From Abditibacteriaceae bacterium (GTDB taxonomy: Bacteria; Armatimonadota; Abditibacteriia; Abditibacteriales; Abditibacteriaceae), in the NCBI GenBank assembly GCA_965277285.1, contig OZ255721.1:3040001-3104000 (forward strand): DNA of 64,000 bases, given 5' to 3'. Position numbers and translations under genes: made by a program. Position 1 is the stretch's first letter. Each line of letters opens with the position of its first letter. The notes beneath the pieces were generated by a model that had not been told where the DNA came from, did no database searches, and saw only the letters and a program-made list of their open reading frames with translations. Below are positions 41,099 through 50,609 of this stretch, piece after piece.

Positions 41099-41854
41099 AT
41101 GATTCAAGTTTTCATACTTTTGCTGGGCGCGTTGGGTTTGGGCGCGATGCACGCCTTTGAACCCGATCACATGGCCGCTGTCAGCACCTTTGTGGCGAAA
41201 CGTCCTTCGCCGCGCCAGGCCGCCTGGTTCGGCATCAACTGGGCGATGGGACACGGACTCAGCCTTTTGATTTTTGGCTCGATTTTATACGCGCTGCGCC
41301 GCGTTCTCGAACACGATCAACCTTTTCTGTTTTCCTCCGGCATTCTCGACCGCTTTGTCGGCGTCGTGCTGATTGGCTTGGGTTTGTGGACACTGCTGCA
41401 ACTTCGCGTCGGAGAAATGCACCATTCGCATCATCATTCGACAAATACCAAAACGGAAAGCGAAACACACACGCACGCCGATGGAACAACGCATTCGCAT
41501 GCTACCACGCATCGTCATTCTCATGGAAATGGTCTGGGTTCGTTGTTGATGGGAATGTTGCACGGCGGCGCGGGAACGGGCGCGTTTCTGGTGCAGGCGA
41601 TCAATGCGCAGGCGGCGTCGCATTACGGAATGATCGTGGCGTTTACTTTCGCCTTTAGCGTTGGCGTGTTGGCGTCTATGGGCTTTTACGCGGCGCTTTT
41701 GGGTGGCGCCATTGCGTGGGGCGGACGCCGCATGACGCGCTTTTTCGCCGCTGCACATTTGGTGACCGGCGTCCTGGCGTGCGGCGTCGGCGCTTGCATG
41801 CTGATCGGCCTGGAATTGCCTGGACTGACCGATATAATTTCGCGCGGACGTTGA
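41099..41854 (+). CDS. Nickel/cobalt transporter (UreH/HupN/RcnA-like)
   Basis: HAFEPDH motif, His-rich loop, GMLHG. Confidence 0.8.
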   Translation: MIQVFILLLGALGLGAMHAFEPDHMAAVSTFVAKRPSPRQAAWFGINWAMGHGLSLLIFGSILYALRRVLEHDQPFLFSSGILDRFVGVVLIGLGLWTLLQLRVGEMHHSHHHSTNTKTESETHTHADGTTHSHATTHRHSHGNGLGSLLMGMLHGGAGTGAFLVQAINAQAASHYGMIVAFTFAFSVGVLASMGFYAALLGGAIAWGGRRMTRFFAAAHLVTGVLACGVGACMLIGLELPGLTDIISRGR

Positions 41855-41900
41855 GGCTGCTCGCCTTTCGAGTACTCGATAGTTTTGTCAGTCGTAAAAC

Positions 41901-41948
41901 AAAAGCAGAAAGTGCGCACAGTTTTCTCGTGCGCACTTTCTGTTTTTT
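41901..41948 (+). terminator. Intrinsic terminator
   Basis: CAGAAAGTGCGCAC-loop-GTGCGCACTTTCTG followed by a T-run. Confidence 0.7.
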
Positions 41949-42087
41949 GTCGGAGGCAATGAGATTGTGCCGGGCAACTTTTGATTTGTGAAAGGCGAAA
42001 ATTGTGCGTTGACATTGTGCGTCGACAGCGATGTCGCGCAGCACGAAACATAGCGGGCGGTGCGGATCATGGAATACGTGAAGCGAT

Positions 42088-44037
42088 ATGAACAGCGAAC
42101 AATTTAAGGTGACGGTTTCGCGTTTGGAAGAATATGCGCAACGCAACCCGCAGATGTATCGGCGCAAAGTCGGCTTGATCGCGTTGCTGGGCTACGTGTA
42201 CATTGCCTTTGTGCTGTTGCTGGTTGTCTCCATGGTCTTGGTTCTGGTTGCGCTGATTTTGCTGGCGCATATCTTCAGTGCGGCTCTTTTGCAAATGGCC
42301 TTTGCGCTGAGTCTTGTGGCATCGGGCATCATCCGTTCGTTGTGGGTGCGATTTCCGCGTCCCGAAGGCATTCCGCTCACGCGTGACGAAGCGCCCGAAC
42401 TTTTTCGTGTCGTCGATGATCTGACTGCGCAACTCAAAACCCATCCTTTTCACCATGTTTTGTTGACCGACGATTTCAACGCGGCGGTATTCCAGTTTCC
42501 GCGCCTGGGCATTTTGGGATGGCAAGAAAACTATCTGCTGCTGGGCTTGCCTTTGATGCAGGCTTTGCCTCTCGAACATGTGCGATCCATCGTGGCGCAC
42601 GAGATGGGACATCTTTCGCAGAATCATTCGCGCTTTTCTGGCTGGATTTACCGTGTGTTTCAAACGTGGCAGCAGATGATTGTCAATCTTGCGAGGCGTG
42701 GCAATCGTGGCGCCTGGTTGTTCGACAAATTTCTGCGTTGGTATGCGCCGTTCTTTGGCGCTTACTCGTTCGTCTTGCGCCGCGCCGACGAATATGTGGC
42801 CGACCGTTGCGCCGCCGAATTGGTGGGCGTTCAAGCGACCGGCGATGCCCTGATTAACACGCAGGTTCGCGGTCAGTTCCTGCACGAAAGTTTCTGGCCC
42901 GATATTTATAAACAAGCCGAAACCGACCGACATCCGCCCGAGGTCGTTTTCTCCCAGTTGTCCACCACCTTGCGCACCAATCTGGCGTTTCAGGACGCGA
43001 GCCAATGGTTGGCAAAAGCTTTTCTGGAACGTTCCGAATATGATGATACGCATCCCTGTCTGCGCGACCGACTGAACTCGTTGGGCTACTTTGCAGAAGG
43101 CCAAACTCCTCAATCGAGTACTCGAAACGCCGAAAACAACAGCGATAATAAATTACCAATTGATGTTCAGCGATTCACGAAGCCTGTGGAACAGAGCGCG
43201 GCGGAAGTGTTGCTGGGCGGGCAGGAAAGTCGTTTGATCGAACAATTGAACGGGCAGTGGCATACGCGAGTCGCTTCGTCCTGGGAACAACACCATCAGA
43301 AAATCCTCAAATCGCGCCAGGAATTGGAAGAACTGGAAATCAGGGCGCCAGGCAAACCATTGACCAACGAAGAAGAATGGCAGCGTGTCGTGCGCACCCT
43401 TCAAGTGCGTGGCGACGCCGAAGCCTTGCCCGTGTTGCGAGCCTTTGTCCAAAAACATCCTCAGCATCGCGCGGGTCGTTTTCTGCTTGGTCACACGCTT
43501 TTGGAACAAGGCGACGAGACAGGCATCGCACCGCTGGAAAGCCTGATGAAAGATGATCCGAGCAGCACGCCCCAATGTTGCCAACGGCTTTATGAGCATT
43601 GCAAAGCACAAGGGCGTTATGATGAGGCCGACCGTTACCGCGCACGCGCTGAAACCTTTGTCGAGCGCGTGCAAAGTGCGCCCGACGAGCGTCAAACCTT
43701 GTCCTGGCATCGAACCTTTGCGCCGCATCGCCTTGATGCGACTGAAACTGTGCGCATTCAAAAAGCCCTGGCGGAAAGTGGACTGGTGCAAGCAGCGTAT
43801 CTGGTTCGTAAAAACGCCGAATACGCCGAACAGGTCATGCAACACATTTTAGGCGTCAAAGCGCGGCAACAAAATGGCGGCGCCTTGGGAGCCGAATCCA
43901 GCCGCAAGCTGGCGGAAAAATTAAACGCGCAACTTGGTGGCATTCCTGAACTGAAGGTTGTCGTTTTCGATAATCAAACGCGCGGTATCGAAGAAGCAAT
44001 GGCGCAAATCGAAGGAGCGAAAGTCTTTCCTCGCTGA
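42088..44037 (+). CDS. M48 (HtpX/Ste24-like) metalloprotease with TPR-like C-terminal extension
   Basis: FNAAV, AHEMGH, EYVAD, DTHP. Confidence 0.85.
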   Translation: MNSEQFKVTVSRLEEYAQRNPQMYRRKVGLIALLGYVYIAFVLLLVVSMVLVLVALILLAHIFSAALLQMAFALSLVASGIIRSLWVRFPRPEGIPLTRDEAPELFRVVDDLTAQLKTHPFHHVLLTDDFNAAVFQFPRLGILGWQENYLLLGLPLMQALPLEHVRSIVAHEMGHLSQNHSRFSGWIYRVFQTWQQMIVNLARRGNRGAWLFDKFLRWYAPFFGAYSFVLRRADEYVADRCAAELVGVQATGDALINTQVRGQFLHESFWPDIYKQAETDRHPPEVVFSQLSTTLRTNLAFQDASQWLAKAFLERSEYDDTHPCLRDRLNSLGYFAEGQTPQSSTRNAENNSDNKLPIDVQRFTKPVEQSAAEVLLGGQESRLIEQLNGQWHTRVASSWEQHHQKILKSRQELEELEIRAPGKPLTNEEEWQRVVRTLQVRGDAEALPVLRAFVQKHPQHRAGRFLLGHTLLEQGDETGIAPLESLMKDDPSSTPQCCQRLYEHCKAQGRYDEADRYRARAETFVERVQSAPDERQTLSWHRTFAPHRLDATETVRIQKALAESGLVQAAYLVRKNAEYAEQVMQHILGVKARQQNGGALGAESSRKLAEKLNAQLGGIPELKVVVFDNQTRGIEEAMAQIEGAKVFPR

Positions 44038-44072
44038 GAAGCGGCAGATGCTCAATCGAGTACTCAATCGTC

Positions 44073-44156
44073 GCGGACGCACAGGCGGACGCACAGGCGG
44101 ACGCACAGGCGGACGCATAGGCGGACGCATAGGCGGACGCATAGGCGGACGCATAG
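44073..44156. repeat. Tandem repeat, 7 x 12 bp GCGGACGCA(C/T)AG
   Basis: Three GCGGACGCACAG followed by four GCGGACGCATAG. Confidence 0.95.
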
Positions 44157-44183
44157 AAAGCGAACCAGGAGCGAGTACTCGAT

Positions 44184-44293
44184 AACGAACCCGCAGCGTG
44201 AGCGACGGGCTTGCTTTGTAATGTCATGTAACTTCGCGTAAGCCCGTCGTTCAAGCTCGTCGTTCAAGCTCGTCGTTCACGCTGCGGGTTCGT
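44184..44293. repeat. REP-like hairpin family C, upstream of the MmeI-like gene
   Basis: AACGAACCCGCAGCGTGAGCGACGGGCTT...; right arm has an internal 13-bp tandem duplication. Confidence 0.8.
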
Positions 44294-44324
44294 GAAGTCC
44301 AGCAAACGCGGTAAAATAGCGGGC

Positions 44325-47224
44325 ATGACACCAGCCGAATTCGTCCATAAATGGAGCCGCAACACGCGCCACGAGCGTTCCGCCGCGCAAGAGCATTTCA
44401 TCGATTTGTGTCGTCTTCTCGATCATCGCACGCCCAACGACGATGCCGATGGAACCGATTTCGCGTTTGAAAAAGGCGTCACGCGGCGGCGCGGCAACCG
44501 CGACGGGCAAGGCTGGGCCGATGTTTGGAAACGCGGTTTCTTCGGCTGGGAATACAAAGGCAAGCACAAAGACCTCGACGCCGCTTACAAGCAATTGCAG
44601 CAATATGCGCAATCGTTGGAAAACCCGCCGCTGCTCGTCGTCTGCGACCTGGCGAAACTGGAGCTTTACACCAATTTCAACAACGCGCCGACGACGCGAC
44701 ACGTTTGGAATTTGAACGAACTCGACAAAGTGGGCGAGCTGCAAAGGCTACGCGGCATTTTCGAGGAACCCGAACGTTTTCGTCCGAGCGAAACGACGCA
44801 GGAAATCACCGAGCGCGCGGCGCAAAAGCTGGGTGAAATCGCGGGTTTGATGCACGCGCGCGGGCAAGAGGTGCTGGAAGTCGCGCGCTTTCTCGACCGC
44901 ATCGTGTTTTGTCTTTTCGCCGAAGACATCGGGCTTTTGCCGCCGCAGATTTTTACGCAAATCGTTCACAACAATCGTTATAATCCCGACAAACTGGCGC
45001 GACGAATCGAAAAACTCTTTCGCGCGATGGCCATTGGCGACGATTTCGACGAGTACGTCATTCGGCGTTTCAACGGCAATTTGTTCAACGACGAGCCGGT
45101 TTTGCTGCTGGAACAAAAAGAAATTGATGTCATCCGCGAATCGTGTGGCTTCAACTGGGACGCGCTCAGTCCGTCCATCATGGGAACGCTGTTTGAAAGT
45201 GCGCTCGAAAAAAACAATAATCGCGCGCAACTGGGCGCGCATTACACCGGACAAAGCGACATCGAAGCCCTCATCAAACCCGTTGTGATGGCGCCGCTCG
45301 AAGCCGAATGGAACACGCTCGAAGCGCGCCTGACAAAGGAACACGACGAATTCGCGCAAAACGAAGTCGCGGCGTTTCTCGAGCGATTATGCGCGATTCG
45401 AGTACTCGATCCGGCGTGCGGCAGCGGCAATTTTTTGTATGTCGCGCTGCAAATGCTGAAAGATTTCGAGAAAAACGTGTGTCTGCGCGCCGAAGATCGC
45501 GGCTGGGGAAAGTTCGATTTGCGCGTGCGCTCCGAACAATTCATCGGGCTGGAAGTGAACGCCAACGCGCTCGACCTGGCGCGACGACGTTGTGGATCGG
45601 CTTTTTTCAATGGATCGCCGCCAACGGTTTTCACTTTCCCGCCGATCCTTTGCTGCATTCGACCGACAATTTCCATTGTGCCGACGCCGTTCTCGACCGC
45701 AGCGATTTGGACAATCCGCGCGAAAGCGATTGGCCGCGCGCCGATTTTATCGTCGGCAATCCGCCGTTTTTGGGCGGCAGTTTGTTGTGGCGCGAATTGG
45801 GACGCGATTATCAGCGCGATTTGTGGCGCGTTTACGAAGGTCGCGTTCCTGGCGGCGCCGATTTGTGTTGCTACTGGTTTGAAAAAGCACGCGCGCAAAT
45901 TGAAACGGGAATGACCAGACGCGCCGGTTTAATTGCGACGCAGGCGATTCGCGGCGGCGTCAACCGCGAAGTTTTGAAACGCATCAAAAGCAGCGGAGAT
46001 ATTTTCTTTGCGCAAAGCGACCAAAAATGGACTTTGAAAGGCGCGGCGGTTCACGTTTCAATGGTCGCCTTTGACAACGGAACGCAAACACATCGAGTAC
46101 TCGATGGCCACGAAGTCACAACCATCAACGCCGATTTATCCAGCGAAAGCGATGTCACGCAAGCACAACTAATTTCTAAAAACGCTAACATTTGTTTTTT
46201 AGGCGTGATGAAATCAGGGGATTTTAATATTTCAGAAGCAACAGCTTTAGCAATGTTGCAAATGCCGAATGTTCATGGACGACCAAACAGCGACGTTTTG
46301 CGTCCACGAGTCACAGCCGAAGCGTTGGTGCGTCGAACTGGAAGCGATTGGCTGATTGATTTCAACGACCAAAGTTTGAACGATGCCGCTTTGTATGAAG
46401 CACCGTTTGGGCACATCGAAACGCACGTTAAACCTGTGCGCTTAGAAAATCGCCGATCACGAACTGCTGAACGTTGGTGGCTTCATGGTGAAAACCGTCC
46501 CGGAATGAGGCGCGCTTTACACAATCTGCCGCGATTTTTAGTAACTCCGCGAGTGAGTAAACATCGTATTTTCGCTTGGCTCGATTCAACGTTTGTCGCA
46601 GACCACAAACTTTGTGCGTTTGCGCGCGACGATGATTACTTCTTTGGTGTACTGCATTCGCGTTTACACCAAGTTTGGGCGTTGAAATTAGGTACACAAT
46701 TGCGCGAACGTGAAAGTGGATTCACGTACACGCCGACAAGTTGTTTTGAGACGTTTCCGTTTCCGCTGCCTTCGGACGAACATCGCGCGGCGATTGGCGA
46801 AGCCGCGCGTTTGCTCGATGAACGTCGTCGCAATTGGCTCAACCCGCCGGAATGGATGCGCGAGGAAATCGTGGAGTTTCGCGGCTCGGTCGATGGCGCG
46901 TGGCGTCGTTTTGTGGTTGACGCCGACTCCAGCGGAATGGGAACCGTGCGCTATTCGCGTCAAGTTCCGCGCGACCCGAATATGACGGTTCCGATTGTGC
47001 GCGACGGTGTGACATCCGCCGTCAAACTGCGCGACGAACTGCCGCGCCGCACCTTGACCAATTTGTATAACGCGCGCCCGCAATGGCTCGACAATTTGCA
47101 TCGAGTACTCGATGTCGCCGTTTGCGCGGCTTACAACTTTTCGCCCGACCTGAGCGACGAAGAAATCTTGGCGAAACTATTGGAATTGAACGGCGAACGC
47201 GCCGTCAACGAACCCGCAGCGTAA
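44325..47224 (+). pseudogene. MmeI-like (Type IIG/IIL) restriction endonuclease-methyltransferase, frameshifted near 45583
   Basis: ADVWKRG..GWEYK nuclease motif and RVLDPACGSG in one frame; TTLWIG, GNPPF and TRD-like region in another. Confidence 0.8.
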
Positions 47225-47315
47225 GCGATAGGTCTTCTGTTTGACAACGCGTTGGGTGCGGACGCGGCGATTTCGACCGACAGAAGACCCATCGCTTACG
47301 CTGCGGGTTCGTTGA
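47205..47315. repeat. REP-like hairpin family C, overlapping the 3' end of the MmeI-like gene
   Basis: AACGAACCCGCAGCGTAAGCGAT...ATCGCTTACGCTGCGGGTTCGTT. Confidence 0.8.
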
Positions 47316-47361
47316 AGCGAATATCATCAACAATCCCAATGGTTAAGAAGTGAAAGTGATG

Positions 47362-47393
47362 AGCCGCGCGGCGCTGTATCGCGCGGCTTTTTT
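47362..47393 (+). terminator. Intrinsic terminator
   Basis: AGCCGCGCG-loop-CGCGCGGCT plus T-run. Confidence 0.6.
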
Positions 47394-47443
47394 GGTTAAT
47401 CTAAAGAACGTCCTAAATCTCGTCTTAGAAAGGTAAAAACAAA

Positions 47444-48502
47444 ATGTCAAAGACTTTGAAAGTCGGCGTCATTGGCGTCGGCGGCATCGCGGGAACGCAC
47501 TTTCCCGGCTGGAACGACAGCCCTCACACCGAACTCGTAGCGCTCTCCGATGTCGTGCCAGCGACGCTCGAACGCGTGGCGAAAGCGCAGGGCGTTACGC
47601 GCACTTACGCCAAGCCCGAAGAAATGTTGGCTGATCCTGAAATCGACATCATCGACATTTGCACGCCCAACGCGTATCATGCGTCGCTTTCCGTCGCGGC
47701 GCTGCAAGCAGGCAAGCACGTCATTTGTGAAAAGCCTTTGGCTCCGACGCCCAAAGAAATCCGCGACATGATCGCAGCGCGCGACAAAAGCGGCAAACTG
47801 CTGATGACGGCGCAACATTTCCGTTTCGGCGGCGCGGCGCGCGCTCTCAAAGCCGAACTTGAAGGCGGACTTTTGGGCGAGATTTATCACGCGCGTTCGT
47901 GGATGCTGCGCCGCAACTGGGCGCCCGCCAGCCCCGGTTTCATCATGAAAAAGCACAGCGGCGGCGGCCCTTGCATCGACATCGGCGTCCACATTCTCGA
48001 CTTGACGTTGTGGATGATGGACAATCCCAAACCCGTGACTGTGACTGGCGTGACGCAGGACAAACTGGCACATCAGGAAGGCACCTTTTCCGCCTGGAGC
48101 GGCCCGATTTCCAAAGACTTCGATGTCGAAGAGTTCGCCGCCGCCTTTGTGCGCTTTGAAAACGGCGCGTCGTTGATCCTCGAAGTCTCGTGGTTGCTGC
48201 ATCATGCGACGACGGGCGAAGATATGCAAATGTGGCTTTATGGCACCAAAGGCGGCTCGCATTGGCCGCAAAACGAACTGCTTTCGGCCAACAACACGAC
48301 CAAGCAGTTGCTCAACACGCAATTGCAAACAAAGTCGGACAAAGTTGAACCGCATGCGCTCGAATGTATGGAGTTCGCCGCAGCGATTGTCGAAGGTCGC
48401 CCGTCGCCGGTTCCGCCCGAACAATCGCTGGATGTCACCGCCATTTTGGATGGCTTGTATCGCAGCGCAGCCCAAGGCGGCGAAGTCAAACTCGATTATT
48501 GA
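47444..48502 (+). CDS. Gfo/Idh/MocA family oxidoreductase
   Basis: VIGVGGIA, ICTPN, CEKP, GGGPCIDIGVH. Confidence 0.9.
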   Translation: MSKTLKVGVIGVGGIAGTHFPGWNDSPHTELVALSDVVPATLERVAKAQGVTRTYAKPEEMLADPEIDIIDICTPNAYHASLSVAALQAGKHVICEKPLAPTPKEIRDMIAARDKSGKLLMTAQHFRFGGAARALKAELEGGLLGEIYHARSWMLRRNWAPASPGFIMKKHSGGGPCIDIGVHILDLTLWMMDNPKPVTVTGVTQDKLAHQEGTFSAWSGPISKDFDVEEFAAAFVRFENGASLILEVSWLLHHATTGEDMQMWLYGTKGGSHWPQNELLSANNTTKQLLNTQLQTKSDKVEPHALECMEFAAAIVEGRPSPVPPEQSLDVTAILDGLYRSAAQGGEVKLDY

Positions 48503-48599
48503 TGCAAATTGGGTTTGTAGAGGTTGGGTTTGGAGAACACGCGCCAAATGTCTAACCACACGCGTTAAACTCAGGGCATCAGCCAAAAGGAGTACGACC

Positions 48600-48809
48600 G
48601 TGAGTGACAATTCCCCGAAAGACGAAAACGCGCCCGCCAAAAAACTGTCGCCTTTAGAAGCGAAGAAACAATTGCAAGCGCAGCAGCGACAAGGCTTGCA
48701 AACCAAAACTAAAGGCGTTCAAGCGGCCCGCGATGGCGGCGAAACTGCGGGCAACAGCGACGCACCGCCGCCCAGAACAAATACGCCGCGCCGCGCCGGT
48801 GGAAGTTGA
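48600..48809 (+). CDS. Small basic hypothetical protein
   Basis: GTG start after AAGGAG; MSDNSPKDENAP...RRAGGS. Confidence 0.5.
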   Translation: MSDNSPKDENAPAKKLSPLEAKKQLQAQQRQGLQTKTKGVQAARDGGETAGNSDAPPPRTNTPRRAGGS

Positions 48810-48931
48810 TTGAAGGAGTTGGCAAGCCTGATAACTCGTGGTACGAGGTTGTCCTGGAATGTCGAATGTCATGGCACCACGCCTGCAAGAAACGAGATGA
48901 ATTGCAAATCCGCGACACGAGCTATAACAGA

Positions 48932-49061
48932 TGACAATTGAAAGGCTACATCAGAACCTCGAACGTGACTGAGGGCTGAAGTAACAGTTTGGTCAGCCCT
49001 TCACTCACGTTCGGGGTTCTGGGATGCACACAACTCACACGTTGTAGCCTCTCAATTGTCA
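48932..49061. repeat. Nested inverted repeat; inner arm also present at positions 1-26
   Basis: Outer TGACAATTGAAAGGCTACA / TGTAGCCTCTCAATTGTCA; inner CAGAACCTCGAACGTGA...TCACTCACGTTCGGGGTTCTG. Confidence 0.7.
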
Positions 49062-49155
49062 GTTGCTATTTCTAAAGGAAAAGCCGCAACATCGGAAATG
49101 ATGTTGCGGCTTTTCTTTCGCCGATTCGAGTACTCGAATTGCAGCAATTGTCTTT

Positions 49156-49974
49156 TTACGTCGTGATAATGGCTTTGGAGCCGTGAAAGGTGAGGGTGCG
49201 AATGTTGGGTTTGAACGGCAAGTCGTCGTAGGAAATCAGCGGATTGAGTTGTTCGCTGAACTTGTTTTTGATAAAGCCCGGCACTTCGGCGCCGTTCAGC
49301 TTGAGCGATGTGATGTCGCACCAGACTTGATTGCCGCCGCTGCTTTTCAGCAAGTGCAAAGTGCCTTGCACGATGACTGGCCCGTTGAACCAACCCCAGT
49401 TCCAGTTGCCCGAAACGCGAATTTGATTACCGATGAATTTGGCGCGCAGGTTCATGTCTCTCGAGCTTTTGCCCTGCGAGAACATCCACGTCAAATCGTC
49501 TTCGCTGATGACGGCGCGCGCCGCAGTTTGCGCCGCATACGTCACGATGTCACGATGATCTTCTCTTAAAATCGCGTTCGTGCTGAGATGGACGTTACGC
49601 GCATGAAGCGAGAAATCGCTGACGCGCAACTTCTTGATAAGTAGCGGACTGCCCGCAATATAAACGTCGTTGAAATATCCCAGGTCAACGCGCGCTGAGG
49701 GCTTGATCACCAACGTCATTTTGCCGCTCGGACTGGAAATGCGACGGGTCAAAAAACGCTTCAAGTAAAACATCACGTTCGCGGCGCGCTGTTGTTCCTG
49801 CGGCGTCAAAGCAGATTTCGCGCCTGCAGGTTTCGCGCCTGCAAATTTCGCAGGAGCCGCCATCGCGGTACCGTCAAAAATCAAGGTTCCCAAAGCCAAA
49901 GCCGCAACTGTCGCGCCTGCAGCCTTGCCCCAGACGTGAGAAATCGAGCGTGAAGAAAAACGAACGTGTTTCAT
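49156..49974 (-). CDS. Secreted DUF2993/LmeA-like protein
   Basis: Signal peptide; ARAVISEDDLT pattern. Confidence 0.55.
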   Translation of the reverse strand: MKHVRFSSRSISHVWGKAAGATVAALALGTLIFDGTAMAAPAKFAGAKPAGAKSALTPQEQQRAANVMFYLKRFLTRRISSPSGKMTLVIKPSARVDLGYFNDVYIAGSPLLIKKLRVSDFSLHARNVHLSTNAILREDHRDIVTYAAQTAARAVISEDDLTWMFSQGKSSRDMNLRAKFIGNQIRVSGNWNWGWFNGPVIVQGTLHLLKSSGGNQVWCDITSLKLNGAEVPGFIKNKFSEQLNPLISYDDLPFKPNIRTLTFHGSKAIITT

Positions 49975-50609
49975 ATAACAACCTCAAAAAGAAATCGATG
50001 CGACCAACTTTGAGACATTTTTGTTGATCATCAACGTGCATCAGCAACAAACGTGTATCAGCAACAATAGCAAACGTCTGGCGCTTTGTCAGGTTCAGAC
50101 GAGTATTTTGTCGGGAAACTGCTCTGGCGATTTCTCGTGCTAAACGCAAATCTGGCAGTGCATCGTGTGCATTTTATGGCGAAATTCGCATCGAAAGATA
50201 TTTCCCTGATTATCGAACGGCAGGTGCCGCGACTTGTCACTGGAATTCTTCTTGAGTTATGAATGAACATCGAGTACTCGATAACCCCATTTTGACACAT
50301 TTTAGCAATAGCAAAGCGTAGTGAATTTGTGGCAAAAATAATTTCGCGTGTGACTTGTTTTTGACGCGTGCGCGCGGGTATGCTATGCTGCAAGCGAACC
50401 TCAAAAAAGTTCTTGATAAGGGCGTGATGTTTAGAAATTCGCTTACGCGTCCATATATAGTACATACGTAAGTAAAAAAGAGTCTCTGGCATCCGCGCCA
50501 TTGAAGCCGTCGAACTTGTAGCCACCGCGGAAAACGCCGTCGAAAACTCGTTGTCGTCGTGTTTTTGTCGTTGAACCGATTGTTGTTGATTCACAGGAGG
50601 AAGCCGTTC

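Noticed and set aside
44073..44156. CRISPR array
   Set aside because: Head-to-tail 12-mers with no spacers; no cas genes in the window
44325..47224. MmeI-like enzyme as the cognate methylase of TCGAGTACTCGA
   Set aside because: MmeI-family enzymes recognise short asymmetric sites, the gene is frameshifted, and nothing in the sequence links it to the motif
49975..50609. Riboswitch or ncRNA in the long divergent intergenic region
   Set aside because: No recognisable consensus by eye; would need an Rfam/Infernal search
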